DNA from: Bordetella sp.
GTDB lineage: Bacteria; Pseudomonadota; Gammaproteobacteria; Burkholderiales; Burkholderiaceae_A
DNA length: 64,000 nt
Direction of reading: 5' to 3'
Assembly (NCBI GenBank): GCA_038111655.1
Contig: JAYNLI010000004.1
Location: 59-64,058 of the forward strand
Position 1 is the first letter of the stretch; every line of letters begins with the position of its first letter. Both the position numbers and the translations under genes were made by a program. Shown piece after piece: positions 28,589 to 39,601 of this stretch. Below the pieces are notes generated by a model. It was given only the letters and a program-made list of their open reading frames with translations. It had not been told where the DNA came from and made no database searches.

Positions 28589-29869
28589 ATGGCAGAACAA
28601 AAAGGAACAGGCGAGAAACTCCTTTACTGTTCGTTTTGTGGGAAAAGTCAGCATGAGGTGAAGAAGCTCATTGCTGGGCCGTCGGTATTTATATGTGACG
28701 AATGCATCGACTTATGCAACGACATCATTCGTGACGAGCAGGCTGAGGCAACAAGCAGTGACTTGACCCGCGAGGCCCTGCCCACTCCCCAAGAAATTTC
28801 TTCCATTCTTAGCCAGTACGTCGTGGGCCAGGATCGGGCGAAGCGCAATCTTGCGGTTGCAGTTTACAACCACTACAAGCGCCTGCGGCAGCATGGAAAG
28901 TCGGGTGAGGTTGAGCTTGCGAAGAGCAATATTCTGCTTATTGGCCCAACCGGCTCGGGTAAAACGCTTCTAGCTCAAACCCTTGCTCGACTTTTAAACG
29001 TTCCTTTCGTCATTGCAGACGCCACCACACTCACCGAAGCCGGCTATGTGGGGGAGGACGTCGAAAACATCATTCAGAAGCTTCTACAGAATTGCAATTA
29101 CGAGGTCGACCGCGCTCAGCACGGCATTGTCTACATCGATGAGATTGACAAGATCTCTCGGAAGTCGGATAACCCGTCCATTACTCGTGACGTGTCAGGT
29201 GAGGGTGTTCAGCAGGCTCTGCTCAAGCTTATCGAAGGAACCGTGGCATCCGTTCCTCCGCAGGGTGGCCGTAAGCACCCTAACCAGGACTTTGTACAAA
29301 TTGACACCACGAATATTTTGTTTATTTGTGGTGGCGCGTTCGATGGGCTTGATAAAGTTATACGCGACCGAACCGAAAAAACCTCTATTGGGTTTGGTGC
29401 TGAGGTTCGCTCGGCTTCCGAGCGTAAGCTTTCAGAGCTTTTCCAAGACATTGAGCCCGAAGATCTTATTAAGTTTGGACTTATTCCCGAGCTCGTGGGT
29501 CGTCTACCGGTGGTGGCGACCCTAGATGAGCTCGACGAGCCTGCTCTTGTCGAGATTCTTACAGGCCCCAAAAACGCCCTTGTGAAGCAATATCAAAGTC
29601 TTTTTCAAATGGAAGGGGCCGAGCTCGAGGTGCGCCCCGCTGCACTCTCCGCCATTGCGAAAAAAGCCATTGCTCGCCGAACAGGCGCCAGGGGCTTGCG
29701 GTCGATTATTGAGCAGTCCCTGCTAGACACCATGTACGAGCTGCCCAGTCTCAAAAATGTCACCAAGGTGGTTCTGGATGAAAACACCGTGACCGAGGAG
29801 GCCAAACCTTTGTTAATTTACGGGGAAACGCCCAAGGCAGCATCAAGTAAACGAAGCGGCGCCGCTTGA
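28589..29869 (+). CDS. clpX: Clp protease ATP-binding subunit
   Basis: CSFCGK zinc finger, [11 protein letters not shown] loop. Confidence 0.98.
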   Translation: MAEQKGTGEKLLYCSFCGKSQHEVKKLIAGPSVFICDECIDLCNDIIRDEQAEATSSDLTREALPTPQEISSILSQYVVGQDRAKRNLAVAVYNHYKRLRQHGKSGEVELAKSNILLIGPTGSGKTLLAQTLARLLNVPFVIADATTLTEAGYVGEDVENIIQKLLQNCNYEVDRAQHGIVYIDEIDKISRKSDNPSITRDVSGEGVQQALLKLIEGTVASVPPQGGRKHPNQDFVQIDTTNILFICGGAFDGLDKVIRDRTEKTSIGFGAEVRSASERKLSELFQDIEPEDLIKFGLIPELVGRLPVVATLDELDEPALVEILTGPKNALVKQYQSLFQMEGAELEVRPAALSAIAKKAIARRTGARGLRSIIEQSLLDTMYELPSLKNVTKVVLDENTVTEEAKPLLIYGETPKAASSKRSGAA

Positions 29870-29892
29870 TTTTTGTTTTTTTGGCCCCATTT
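29865..29892 (+). promoter_or_regulatory. Sigma-32 (RpoH) promoter of lon
   Basis: CTTGAT-N14-CCCCATTT against consensus CTTGAA-N13-15-CCCCATnT; lon is a canonical heat-shock gene. Confidence 0.75.
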
Positions 29893-29949
29893 CATTTAGT
29901 AATTTCTTCTTTCTACCGATTCCTGCCTTAGGAAAGGTTGCCACTGCCC

Positions 29950-32391
29950 ATGTCAAAGCCCCAAATTCTGCCCGCTGAGCCTGTTCATCTTCCCATGTTG
30001 CCTCTGCGCGACGTGGTGGTCTTCCCCCACATGGTCATTCCCCTGTTTGTGGGTAGACCCAAGTCGATTCGCGCCATAGAAAAGGCTATGGAGTCGGGCA
30101 TTCACGTTTTGCTTGCCGCACAACGGTCAGCCACTCAAGATGAGCCGGGGGCCAACGACATTTATTCCATTGGCTGCTTGGCAAGTATTCTTCAAATGCT
30201 CAAGCTCCCGGATGGAACAGTGAAGGTGCTCGTCGAGGGTGTTCAGCGAGCCGAGCTTGTCGAGTTAGTAGGAGAAGAAGACCATCATCTGCGAGCGGTC
30301 TGCTGCCCCCTTCCCCTGGACGAACACAAAGGGCCTGAGGTTGAGGCCCTGCGTCGCACGATCCTTGGTCAGTTCGATCAGTTCGTGAAGCTTAATAAAA
30401 AGATTCCCACGGAGATTCTTAATAGCCTTGTAAGCATAGAAGAACCGGGCCGGCTTGCAGACACCATCGCTGCCCACCTTCCCATGAAGCTTGAGGAGAA
30501 GCAGGCCATCCTTGAAGTTCTTCCCGTGGGCGATCGTCTTGAAAAGTTACTTGCTCAAATTGAAACCGAGCTCGACATTCTTCAGGTGGAAAAGCGTATT
30601 CGTGGGCGCGTGAAACGCCAGATGGAGAAGAGTCAGCGCGAGTATTACCTGAATGAGCAGGTTAAGGCTATTCACAAAGAGCTGGGCGAAGGCGAGGATA
30701 ACGAGCTTGATGAGATCGATAAAAAGATCAAAGCTGCTCGCATGCCCAAAGAGGCAAAGGACAAGGCACTGGCAGAGCTTAAAAAGCTACGCATGATGTC
30801 GCCGATGTCCGCCGAAGCCACAGTTGTTCGCAACTACGTCGATGCGTTGGTGGCGCTTCCCTGGAAAAAGAAGAGCAAGGTTAATGGCAATCTTGGTACT
30901 GCCGAAGAGGTGCTTGAAGAGGAGCACTTTGGTCTTGAAAAGGTGAAAGAGCGCATTCTTGAATACCTTGCTGTTCAACAACGCGTCGACAAAGTGAAGG
31001 CGCCTATTCTTTGCCTGGTTGGGCCGCCCGGAGTGGGTAAGACCTCCTTGGGTCAGTCCATTGCACGTGCAACCAATCGCAAGTTTGTTCGTATGGCTTT
31101 AGGCGGTGTTCGTGACGAAAGCGAGATTCGAGGCCATCGCCGCACTTACATTGGCTCAATGCCGGGTAAGATTTTAACGAGCCTGACAAAAGTCGGCGTG
31201 CGCAATCCTCTCTTTCTGCTTGATGAAGTTGATAAGATGGGCATGGATTTTAGAGGTGACCCGGCCAGTGCATTGCTTGAGGTTCTCGACCCAGAGCAAA
31301 ACCACAGCTTCACCGATCATTACGTGGAAGTGGAATATGACTTGTCGGATGTCATGTTTGTGGCAACAGCAAACTCTATGAACATTCCCGCGGCACTTCT
31401 CGATCGTATGGAAGTGATTCGCCTTTCGGGCTACACCGAGGATGAGAAGGTCAATATTGCCCAGCGCTATCTTTTACCCAAACAAATTAAGCACACCGGC
31501 CTTAAGGAAGGCGAGGTGGAAGTTGCCGAGGATGCCGTAAGGGAGATTATTCGCTCTTACACCCGCGAGGCAGGAGTTCGTGGTTTGGAACGAGAGCTTT
31601 CTAAAATTTGTCGCAAGGTCACTCGTCGTGTTCTTGGTCTGAAGGCAAAGTCTTCGAATGACCTTCCATTTAAAGTAGCCGCCGAAAACATAGAAGACTA
31701 CCTTGGGGTTAAGCGCTATACATTCGGCGTGGCCGAGAAGGAGGACCAGGTTGGTGAGGTCACGGGCTTAGCCTGGACGGAGGTTGGGGGTGAGCTGCTT
31801 ACTATCGAAGCGGCAGTTATGCCAGGAAAGGGCAATATCATTCGCACTGGGTCGCTTGGTGATGTCATGAAAGAATCAGTGGAGGCGGCGCGTTCGGTGG
31901 TTCGAAGTCGTGCCCGTCGCCTTGGAATCTCAGACGACGTTTTTGAAAAGCGTGACTTGCATATTCATGCACCTGAGGGTGCCACCCCGAAAGACGGGCC
32001 AAGCGCGGGAATTGCCATGACAACAGCTTTGGTTTCTGTTTTAACTGGCATTCCGGTTCGCGCGGATGTTGCGATGACCGGTGAGATTACCCTTCGCGGT
32101 GAGGTGCTCCAAATTGGTGGCCTCAAAGAGAAGCTGCTTGCTGCCCATCGAGGCGGTATTAAGAAGGTGCTCATACCAGAGCAAAATGTAAGAGATCTTG
32201 CTGAGATTCCCGCGAATGTAAAAAACTCACTCGAGATCATTCCAGTGCGCTGGATCGACAAGGTGCTTGAACTTGCCTTGGCGGGGGTTCCTACGCCCAT
32301 CGAGGACGCACCCGAGATTGACGCTGCTGCGGCGAAAAAAACTGGGGTTGATATTGCGCCTGCATCAAGCACGGACACCACTACGCATTAG
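29950..32391 (+). CDS. lon: Lon protease
   Basis: [27 protein letters not shown] catalytic Ser; alternative TTG start at 29938. Confidence 0.98.
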   Translation: MSKPQILPAEPVHLPMLPLRDVVVFPHMVIPLFVGRPKSIRAIEKAMESGIHVLLAAQRSATQDEPGANDIYSIGCLASILQMLKLPDGTVKVLVEGVQRAELVELVGEEDHHLRAVCCPLPLDEHKGPEVEALRRTILGQFDQFVKLNKKIPTEILNSLVSIEEPGRLADTIAAHLPMKLEEKQAILEVLPVGDRLEKLLAQIETELDILQVEKRIRGRVKRQMEKSQREYYLNEQVKAIHKELGEGEDNELDEIDKKIKAARMPKEAKDKALAELKKLRMMSPMSAEATVVRNYVDALVALPWKKKSKVNGNLGTAEEVLEEEHFGLEKVKERILEYLAVQQRVDKVKAPILCLVGPPGVGKTSLGQSIARATNRKFVRMALGGVRDESEIRGHRRTYIGSMPGKILTSLTKVGVRNPLFLLDEVDKMGMDFRGDPASALLEVLDPEQNHSFTDHYVEVEYDLSDVMFVATANSMNIPAALLDRMEVIRLSGYTEDEKVNIAQRYLLPKQIKHTGLKEGEVEVAEDAVREIIRSYTREAGVRGLERELSKICRKVTRRVLGLKAKSSNDLPFKVAAENIEDYLGVKRYTFGVAEKEDQVGEVTGLAWTEVGGELLTIEAAVMPGKGNIIRTGSLGDVMKESVEAARSVVRSRARRLGISDDVFEKRDLHIHAPEGATPKDGPSAGIAMTTALVSVLTGIPVRADVAMTGEITLRGEVLQIGGLKEKLLAAHRGGIKKVLIPEQNVRDLAEIPANVKNSLEIIPVRWIDKVLELALAGVPTPIEDAPEIDAAAAKKTGVDIAPASSTDTTTH

Positions 32392-32423
32392 GGAAAGTCA
32401 TGGGAAATACATGCCGCGAAGAC

Positions 32424-32453
32424 TTGACCTGTCGAACGCGTTTGGCGTTTAAT
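32424..32453 (+). promoter_or_regulatory. Candidate sigma-70 promoter of hupB
   Basis: TTGACC-N18-TTTAAT. Confidence 0.4.
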
Positions 32454-32527
32454 CATTTTTCTTTTGGCCAAGAGGCTTGGTTTAAGCACTACTTTCTGCT
32501 AATCAAAAATAATAAGGACATGACGTT

Positions 32528-32800
32528 GTGAATAAGACCGAGATGATTGAACTCATGGCAAAGTATGCCGATATTTCCAAGGCGGCTGCAGGTCGCGCAC
32601 TCGAGGCGTTCATGATGGGCGTTCGAACGAACCTCAAGAAGGGGTCGTCGGTAACCCTCGTTGGCTTTGGCACCTTTGCGGTGACCAAGCGTGCCGCGCG
32701 TTCCGGCCGAAATCCACGCACCGGTGAGACGATCAAAATTAAGTCTGCTAAGCTCCCGAAGTTTCGTCCGGGCAAGGCCCTTAAAGATTCACTTAACTAG
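32528..32800 (+). CDS. hupB: DNA-binding protein HU
   Basis: GFGTF..R.AR.GRNPRTG; follows lon. Confidence 0.95.
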   Translation: MNKTEMIELMAKYADISKAAAGRALEAFMMGVRTNLKKGSSVTLVGFGTFAVTKRAARSGRNPRTGETIKIKSAKLPKFRPGKALKDSLN

Positions 32801-32813
32801 TTTGTGTTGCCGT

Positions 32814-32889
32814 GGGTGCTTAGCTCAGTTGGTAGAGCGGCGCCCTTACAAGGCGTAGGTCGGGAGTTCGAGCCTCTCAGCACCCACCA
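32814..32889 (+). tRNA. tRNA-Val (UAC)
   Basis: GGGTGCT/AGCACCC acceptor, CT-TAC-AA loop, CCA end. Confidence 0.96.
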
Positions 32890-32958
32890 CTGCAATTCAA
32901 ACCGTTGTTCTCTGAAGCTGGTTTTTTGCTACTGTATACTTTCAAGCTTCATTAATTC

Positions 32959-33035
32959 GGAGCGGTAGTTCAGTTGGTTAGAATACCGGCCTGTCACGCC
33001 GGGGGTCGCGGGTTCGAGTCCCGTCCGCTCCGCCA
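32959..33035 (+). tRNA. tRNA-Asp (GUC)
   Basis: GGAGCGG/CCGCTCC acceptor, CT-GTC-AC loop, CCA end. Confidence 0.97.
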
Positions 33036-33044
33036 ACACTTCAT

Positions 33045-34544
33045 ATGCTAGACGCCTTCCGTCGTAACCGCCGTTTGCTTCAGTTTTTGCTGTTGCTAGT
33101 GATCGTTCCTTCCTTCGTGATTGTTGGAGCTTGGGATATGGTGAATCCCCAAGCGTCGTCAAGCGGCCTTGCAGAGGTGGGTGGTCGCCCCATCACCCAG
33201 CAGCAATGGCAGCAGGCGCATCAACGTTCTCTCGATGCCATGTCCGCTCAATTTAGCGGGCAGGTGCCGGTATCCGCTTTTGACACACCGGCAAGTAGAG
33301 TGCAGACGCTTGATGAACTCATTCAGCGTGAGGTGGTGCTATCTTCTGCACTGCGCGCGCGCATGTTCATTCCTGACGACCAGTTAGCCTCGCTAATCGC
33401 CGAAGTGCCCCAGTTTCAGGTTGATGGGCGTTACGACTTTGAGCATGCGAAAAAGTTTTTGGAAGCCAGGGGTTTAACAACCCAACAGTTCGAAGTTGAC
33501 CTCCGAAGTGATCTCATGGCCGACAGGTTGCCCCGCGCGATTGCAGAATCTCAATTCGGCTCGCGTTTACTGGCGCGTCGCCTTAGTCGGTCCGAGTCAG
33601 AGTCCCGTCGGCTCTGGCTGCTTAGCTTTCCCTCAGAGTCTTTTTTGGCCAAGGCCATCCCTAGCCCGCAGGATATTGAGGCCGCCTATCAGGCCCGGTC
33701 GTCCGAGTTCCAGACCAGTGAGCGGGTGGATCTTGAGTGGCTGGTTTTGAAAGACCCATCTTCCGCGGAGCTTGTTGAGCAGTTTAGTAACCTGGTCTAC
33801 GAGCAAAGTGATTCTCTGAAGCCCGCCGCGGATGCTCTAGGGCTTCGCATATTAAGATTTAAAGGGCTTGTCCGTGACGAGCCACTTGGTGGGTCTGGCC
33901 TTTCCCAAGACGACAGCTTGGTGCTGAACCACGAGGCTCTTCGAGCAGCACTCTTTTCGAATGACGTTCTCGTCGACCGGCGTAACACCGAATCCATTGA
34001 AGTCAGGCCTGGTCTTTTTGTTAGTGCGCGCGTCTTGGTTCATGAGCCCGCCAAGCCCTTGCCATTGTCCGCTGTCAGTAGCCGTATTCAGACCGAGCTT
34101 CAGAGAGAAACAGCAACCAAGCTCGCACGACAGGCTGCCCAGCAGTGGGTGGATACGAATCGAGCATCTTTATCTCAGAAGCCTTCGAATGCTAGGGAGT
34201 TTTGGATAAGTCGATCTTCTCTGGCTGTACTGCAGCCTGTCATCGGGAAGGCGGGTCCCTCTGGGCTTCGCGATCTTGGTGTGCAGCTCTTTGCTTCCGA
34301 CTTTCTTATGCAGGACCCACGCGTAGTAGAGATCGGTTCTAATTTCGGTAGTTTTGTCGCCGTTTGGGTGGAGTCCAAGCTGCCCGAGGAGTCTGCCGCT
34401 GAAGTTCGTGAGCGTGTTGGGGCAATCTTCTCAAGTCTAGAGCGGCTTGAGGCTCAGGAATCCTTTACGTCTTGGGTACGGCACCAAGAAAAGGTGCTTG
34501 ATGTAAAGCGCTACCCCGAAAAGCTTGCAGCAAGCGACTCGTAG
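33045..34544 (+). CDS. ppiD: PpiD-like membrane-anchored periplasmic chaperone, lacking the parvulin domain
   Basis: N-terminal TM anchor, SurA-N-like region, FSNLVYEQSDSLKPAA and LFSNDVL motifs; synteny after hupB/tRNA-Asp. Confidence 0.8.
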   Translation: MLDAFRRNRRLLQFLLLLVIVPSFVIVGAWDMVNPQASSSGLAEVGGRPITQQQWQQAHQRSLDAMSAQFSGQVPVSAFDTPASRVQTLDELIQREVVLSSALRARMFIPDDQLASLIAEVPQFQVDGRYDFEHAKKFLEARGLTTQQFEVDLRSDLMADRLPRAIAESQFGSRLLARRLSRSESESRRLWLLSFPSESFLAKAIPSPQDIEAAYQARSSEFQTSERVDLEWLVLKDPSSAELVEQFSNLVYEQSDSLKPAADALGLRILRFKGLVRDEPLGGSGLSQDDSLVLNHEALRAALFSNDVLVDRRNTESIEVRPGLFVSARVLVHEPAKPLPLSAVSSRIQTELQRETATKLARQAAQQWVDTNRASLSQKPSNAREFWISRSSLAVLQPVIGKAGPSGLRDLGVQLFASDFLMQDPRVVEIGSNFGSFVAVWVESKLPEESAAEVRERVGAIFSSLERLEAQESFTSWVRHQEKVLDVKRYPEKLAASDS

Positions 34545-35584
34545 TCTTTCGCGCTGATTCCCATAAGCTTCAACGAAGTTGCACTTGCTATTTTTGGGAA
34601 GTTCCTTTGAATGGATCCCGAGTAGCTCGGGTCGTAGTGTTCCGTCAGAATGGAGCGCACGAAAGGTTCCCACTGCTGCGTTTCCACTTTGTTAAGCCAT
34701 TCGTTGACGCGCTCGTGCCCATGACGAGGTACAAGTTTTCTAAGCTGCGTCATCAAGGCCTCAGGATCTTCAAGAAAGTGTGCATATTCCTGTAGAAGCA
34801 ATTTCACCCGGTCGCCTTCGGATGCTTGAAGTTCAACGCACTCGCTCGCCCGCATGGCTAAGATGAGAGACTCTGGAACCTGCACTTGTCCAATTTTTCG
34901 GCTTTCTGATTCAACGTAGACAGGATGACTGGGGTCGAGCTGACCCAGTGCGTGCCATAAGCGTGACTCAAAAAGTTTCTGGCTTGGTTGCTGCTGGCCA
35001 GGACCTAGCCCAAGCAGTGAACCTTTATGTATTGCAATGGCCTCGAGATCTAAAACCTGTTTACCTTGATTGGCAAGCGCCTTTAGAAGTCTTGTCTTAC
35101 CGCACCCGGTCATTCCACAAATGACTCGCCATTTAATCCCTGACACAAGCTCTGGCAGCCCCTTGACCAGCGCAGTACGATAGGCACGGTAGCCACCTTC
35201 AAGGACTTTTACGCTGAGCCCCACTTGCCCAAGCACGTGCCATAACGAGCGGCTTCGCTGCCCACCTCGCCAGCAATAAATAAGGGCATGATCAGACTTT
35301 TGCCATGAACGAATCGGTCCCTCGAGGTGCATGGCAATATTTTTTGAGACCATTGCGGCTCCGAGCTTCTTGGCCTCAAAGCGGTCCCCAGCATAAAGAG
35401 TACCGACAATATGCCTTTGTTCGTCAGTAAGCACAGGCAGGTTAATAGCGCCTGGGACATGGTCGAGGGCGAACTCCGAAGGGGAGCGAACATCGACAAT
35501 GATTGGCCGAGAGGCGCCCGGGGTCTTGCAAGACTCTTTAAGGGTCTCAAGAAGGACTTCAGCGCTTACAATAGAAGAGGTCAT
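34511..35584 (-). CDS. selU: tRNA 2-selenouridine synthase
   Basis: Rhodanese DVRSP.EF..H.PGA and YCWRGGQRS, P-loop GMTGCGKT, DLE..A.HKGS; start 35584 preferred. Confidence 0.93.
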   Translation of the reverse strand: MTSSIVSAEVLLETLKESCKTPGASRPIIVDVRSPSEFALDHVPGAINLPVLTDEQRHIVGTLYAGDRFEAKKLGAAMVSKNIAMHLEGPIRSWQKSDHALIYCWRGGQRSRSLWHVLGQVGLSVKVLEGGYRAYRTALVKGLPELVSGIKWRVICGMTGCGKTRLLKALANQGKQVLDLEAIAIHKGSLLGLGPGQQQPSQKLFESRLWHALGQLDPSHPVYVESESRKIGQVQVPESLILAMRASECVELQASEGDRVKLLLQEYAHFLEDPEALMTQLRKLVPRHGHERVNEWLNKVETQQWEPFVRSILTEHYDPSYSGSIQRNFPKIASATSLKLMGISAKDYESLAASFSG

Positions 35585-35588
35585 TTCA

Positions 35589-36065
35589 ATGAAAAGTATG
35601 AAGATATTCAACCTACAGTGTAAGCAAGGTCACACCTTCGAGGGCTGGTTTGCGTCGGCAGAGGTTTGCGACAACCAACATAGCCAGGGTCTTCTGGAAT
35701 GCCCACTTTGCTCCTCGCTTGCCCATCGTATTCCTACGGCCGCCTACATCGTTTCCGGTGCCTCCAAGTCTTCCAATTCATCGGTTGAACCTAACGAACT
35801 TAACGTTATGCCGGCCGCAGCAACGCACAGAATGCAGGCCCTTGTGCATCAGAAGATCATTGAGATGGCAAAAAGTCTTATTGAGCAGTCCGACTACGTA
35901 GGCAAGGACTTCCCCGAAGAGGCCCGAAAAATGCATTACCAAGGGGTACCCGAGCGATCAATCGTTGGTGAGGCAACGGCAGAAGAGGCCAAGGCCTTGT
36001 TCGATGAGGGTATTGACCTCATTCCATTACCCACTCTCCCCAGAGCGAAAGGTACGCTACAGTAA
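35589..36065 (+). CDS. DUF1178-family protein (Zn-ribbon)
   Basis: L.C..GH.FEGWF, CP.C, YVG..F.EEARKMHY, GEAT.EEA..L..EGI; start 35589 or 35598. Confidence 0.85.
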   Translation: MKSMKIFNLQCKQGHTFEGWFASAEVCDNQHSQGLLECPLCSSLAHRIPTAAYIVSGASKSSNSSVEPNELNVMPAAATHRMQALVHQKIIEMAKSLIEQSDYVGKDFPEEARKMHYQGVPERSIVGEATAEEAKALFDEGIDLIPLPTLPRAKGTLQ

Positions 36066-36099
36066 GCATTGGGTCTTCGCTTCGAGTTGGGATGGTGTG

Positions 36100-37065
36100 T
36101 TAGTAAGTTCGTTGGGGGTGTTCAAGCCTTACAACCGCCTGCTCTCCCGACTCCGTCTCAAGCCAAGTAATAGGAAGTTGCTTAAAAGGGCCTTCGTTGA
36201 CCAGGCGGTTAAACTCTAAGAGCTCATGACCAATTTCAAGCAGTAGGCAGCCATCGTGGACCAATAGGGCCCCATAGCCCTGAAGCAGTGTCTTAATAAA
36301 CTGCATGCCATCCTCACCCCCGTGATGGGCAAGCCCAGGCTCCGCCTTGAATTCAGGGGGAAGTTGCAAGTACGACGCGCTATTGACGTAGGGAGGGTTA
36401 CAGACAATGAGATCGAAAGTGATTTTTGGCTTTAAGGTCTCCAGGGCTTGCAGGCCATCTCCCGCAAGCAGAGTGATGCGTGATTCAAGACTGAAAGCAC
36501 TAATGTTTTCTGCGGCCAGGCCAAGTGCGTCGCTGGAAATATCTGTTGCCCACACACGAGCATTGGGAAGATGAAGTGCTGCTAAAACAGCAAGGCAACC
36601 GGATCCTGTGCAGAGGTCTAACACCCGTAGTGGCGCATTCGTATCTTCAATGTTCGGAAGATCAACGGGACTAAGCCATTTCGCAAGGAAGGAGCGAGGA
36701 ATAATGGCCCGTGCATCACTTTTAAATCGAAAGCCTCGTAGCCAAGCCTCTTGAAGGATATAGGCTGTTGGCTCACGGTCTGCTGTGCGGCGTCTAAGAG
36801 CCGCGGCAAGTCTTTGGCGTTCCTGCAGGGTTAGCCGAGCGCCTAATAAACTTTGATCTTCAAGGTCGATTGGAAGAGAAAGGCTTGAGAGCACAAGCCA
36901 TCGGGCTTCATCGAGCCAGTCCTGGCAACCCTGACCCAGGACACAGCCGCCTCGATGCATCTCGCTGATAGAAAAGCGAATCCAATCAGAGACACTGCAT
37001 AGTTCATGCGTCCAGTCGGAATGACCGTTAGGCGAACTATTGAATTCGCTTGTGGAGTTTTTCAT
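36100..37065 (-). CDS. prmB: 50S protein L3 N5-glutamine methyltransferase
   Basis: P.AYI..EAW, IPRSF, LDLCTGSGC, NPPY; synteny with dapE. Confidence 0.9.
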   Translation of the reverse strand: MKNSTSEFNSSPNGHSDWTHELCSVSDWIRFSISEMHRGGCVLGQGCQDWLDEARWLVLSSLSLPIDLEDQSLLGARLTLQERQRLAAALRRRTADREPTAYILQEAWLRGFRFKSDARAIIPRSFLAKWLSPVDLPNIEDTNAPLRVLDLCTGSGCLAVLAALHLPNARVWATDISSDALGLAAENISAFSLESRITLLAGDGLQALETLKPKITFDLIVCNPPYVNSASYLQLPPEFKAEPGLAHHGGEDGMQFIKTLLQGYGALLVHDGCLLLEIGHELLEFNRLVNEGPFKQLPITWLETESGEQAVVRLEHPQRTY

Positions 37066-37072
37066 TTCGCCA

Positions 37073-38263
37073 TTAGCTCGACGCGGCTTGCACTGCGGGG
37101 CTGGACGATGAGGCCAGCAGTCGAGTGAGGCTTTCGAGATAGATTTGAGCTAAGGGAAGAAGGTCTGTGGCAAGAATACGTTCGTTAATCTGATGAATGC
37201 TTGCATTGATAGGGCCGAACTCAATGACCTCTCTGCAGTGTTTCGCAATAAACCGCCCATCCGATGTGCCACCCGTTGTCGAGAGTTGCGGTTCGATCTT
37301 GCATACGCTTCGAATACTTTCTTGAACAATGTCGCAGAGCGTTCCTGACGGGGTAAGGTAGGGGTCGCCTCCAAGATTCCAGTCGATGGTGTAGCTAAGA
37401 CCATGCTGGTTTAGAGCAGACTCCAGTCGCTGTTTTAATGCGTCTGGTGTTGAAACGCTTCCAAACCTAAAGTTAAAATCCGCCACGAGCTCTCCCGGGA
37501 TAACGTTACCTGCTCCTGTTCCGGAATGAATATTAGAGACCTGCCAGGTGGTCGCCGGAAAGTAGGTGTTCCCGTCATCCCAACGAATGGCCGCAAGTTC
37601 GGTAAGAGCTGGGGCAAAACGATGGATAGGGTTCTCGGCTAAGTGCGGGTAAGCTACGTGCCCTTGTTTTCCACGGATGTAAACCTTGCCCGACAAAGTC
37701 CCTCGTCGTCCATTTTTAATGATGTCGCCAAGCTTATGGCTTGAGGTGGGTTCTCCAATGATGCAGTAGTTCAAAGGCTCGCCACGGTGCGCAAGTTCCC
37801 TAAGGACCTCAACCGTACCGTGAAGCGCAGGGCCTTCCTCATCGGATGTAATAAGGTAGGCAATGCGCCCGTGAAAGCTTGGTGTTTGCTGAATAAACGC
37901 CTCGGTAGCCGTGGCGAAGGCAGCAACCGAGGACTTCATGTCCGCCGCACCTCGGCCGTACAAATAGCCATCGTGAAGCGTCGCAGAAAATGGGGCATGA
38001 AGCCATTTTTCAGTGGGGCCGGGGGGGACGACGTCGACATGGCCCGCCAAAACAACCGTGGGTCCGGGTCTGCCACCTTCTCGTACTGCCCAGAGGTTCG
38101 TGACGTCATGATAGTTTAGGAGCTCTGTTTCAAAGCCAAGCGGCCGAAGCCTTGAAGCCAGAAGCTCGCAGCAGCCTCCATCGGCAGGCGTTACCGACTC
38201 TCTCTGAATAAGCGCTTTGGCAAGTTCGAGGGTTTCTGAAGCCAGTGCCTGTGTATTTTTCAT
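37073..38263 (-). CDS. dapE: Succinyl-diaminopimelate desuccinylase
   Basis: GHVDVVP, GRGAADMK, SDEEG, GGTSDGRF. Confidence 0.97.
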   Translation of the reverse strand: MKNTQALASETLELAKALIQRESVTPADGGCCELLASRLRPLGFETELLNYHDVTNLWAVREGGRPGPTVVLAGHVDVVPPGPTEKWLHAPFSATLHDGYLYGRGAADMKSSVAAFATATEAFIQQTPSFHGRIAYLITSDEEGPALHGTVEVLRELAHRGEPLNYCIIGEPTSSHKLGDIIKNGRRGTLSGKVYIRGKQGHVAYPHLAENPIHRFAPALTELAAIRWDDGNTYFPATTWQVSNIHSGTGAGNVIPGELVADFNFRFGSVSTPDALKQRLESALNQHGLSYTIDWNLGGDPYLTPSGTLCDIVQESIRSVCKIEPQLSTTGGTSDGRFIAKHCREVIEFGPINASIHQINERILATDLLPLAQIYLESLTRLLASSSSPAVQAASS

Positions 38264-38272
38264 GGCTGTGAA

Positions 38273-38635
38273 TTAAGGGGATTGTGGGAAAAGACTTGTG
38301 TAAAGGCCGTTTGAGAATCCAACCGCTAGCTTCTCATCCGGGGTGACGAGGACAGGTCGCTTGATAACAAGTGGGTGGCTAAGCATGAGTTCGAGCGCGG
38401 AGGGCTGGTCGACAATTTGTCGGCGGTGGTCCTCGGGCAGTGTCCTCCAGGTTCGACCACGCTTATTAAGAAGACTATCAAAAGGCAGGTGCTTTAGCCA
38501 TTCTTGAATGAGAGGCTCGGTGGGGGCCTCTTTCTTGAAGTCAATAAAAACGTAACCCAGGCCACGGGAGTCGAGCCAGCGCCGGGCGGCTCGAACCTGG
38601 TCGCACTGTTGGATGCCGAAAAGCCTGGTTTCCAT
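38273..38635 (-). CDS. ArsC/Spx-family (YffB-like) protein
   Basis: GI..CD.V..A..WL, N.RG.TWR, IKRPV; classic dapE neighbour. Confidence 0.88.
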   Translation of the reverse strand: METRLFGIQQCDQVRAARRWLDSRGLGYVFIDFKKEAPTEPLIQEWLKHLPFDSLLNKRGRTWRTLPEDHRRQIVDQPSALELMLSHPLVIKRPVLVTPDEKLAVGFSNGLYTSLFPQSP

Positions 38636-38687
38636 GTCTTATGGGGCGACTGCGGGTCTCTCAGTTGAAGGGCCTCTGCTCATTGAT

Positions 38688-39524
38688 TCAAGCCAGTCGA
38701 AGCAGTTCGTTAATACCCGTTTTTGCTCGAGTTTTTGCATCGACTCGTTTAACGATTACGGCACAGGCCAGGCTGTAGCGACCGTCTGCAGAGGGCAGAC
38801 TGCCAGGAACGACTACACTTCCTTCTGGAACGCGGCCGTAGAAGACTTCGCCGGACTCGCGGTCGAAGATTTTCGTTGACTGGCCAATGAAGACACCCAT
38901 GGAAAGTACAGAGTTTGCTTCTACGATCACCCCTTCAACAACCTCGGATCGGGCGCCAATGAAGCAGTTATCTTCAATAATGGTGGGGTTTGCCTGCAGA
39001 GGCTCAAGTACCCCACCAATCCCGACACCGCCCGAAAGGTGAACATTTTTTCCGATCTGTGCGCAAGAGCCAACCGTCGCCCAGGTGTCAACCATAGTTC
39101 CCTCGTCGACATAAGCGCCAATATTGACGTAGGAAGGCATAAGAACCACATTGCGCGCAATAAACGACCCTCTGCGCGCAACCGCGGGGGGTACAACCCG
39201 AACCCCCATTGCTGTTAGTTCGTCTTGAGAGAGGCCTTCGAATTTGGTGGGAACCTTGTCGAAGAACTGCAAGTCGCCCGATTGAATAGCCTTGTTATCG
39301 GCGAGTCGAAAGCTAAGGAGAACGGCCTTCTTGATCCATTGATGTACAAGCCATTTACCGTTTTGCTTCTCAGCTACTCGAAGTTTTCCTGCATCAAGGT
39401 CGGAGAGCACCTGTTGCACAGCGCCTCGAAGTGCGGCGGGCACCGACTGGGCAGTGATGTCGGCACGGTTGTCCCAGGCATCGTCGATGGTCTTGGCAAG
39501 AGAGGAGGTTGAGTCGTTCGTCAT
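38688..39524 (-). CDS. dapD: Tetrahydrodipicolinate N-succinyltransferase
   Basis: [31 protein letters not shown]; start 39524 preferred. Confidence 0.97.
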   Translation of the reverse strand: MTNDSTSSLAKTIDDAWDNRADITAQSVPAALRGAVQQVLSDLDAGKLRVAEKQNGKWLVHQWIKKAVLLSFRLADNKAIQSGDLQFFDKVPTKFEGLSQDELTAMGVRVVPPAVARRGSFIARNVVLMPSYVNIGAYVDEGTMVDTWATVGSCAQIGKNVHLSGGVGIGGVLEPLQANPTIIEDNCFIGARSEVVEGVIVEANSVLSMGVFIGQSTKIFDRESGEVFYGRVPEGSVVVPGSLPSADGRYSLACAVIVKRVDAKTRAKTGINELLRLA

Positions 39525-39601
39525 TGGGCTAGGCTCTATAAGGTTGGGGGTGAGGTGAATAGCCACGTGGCATGCACTTGGCCAAGAAATGCTCGTTCTG
39601 T

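Noticed and set aside
26464-33035. tRNA genes as integration sites for an island or prophage
   Set aside because: No integrase, no duplicated tRNA 3' end, and flanking genes are in canonical core order
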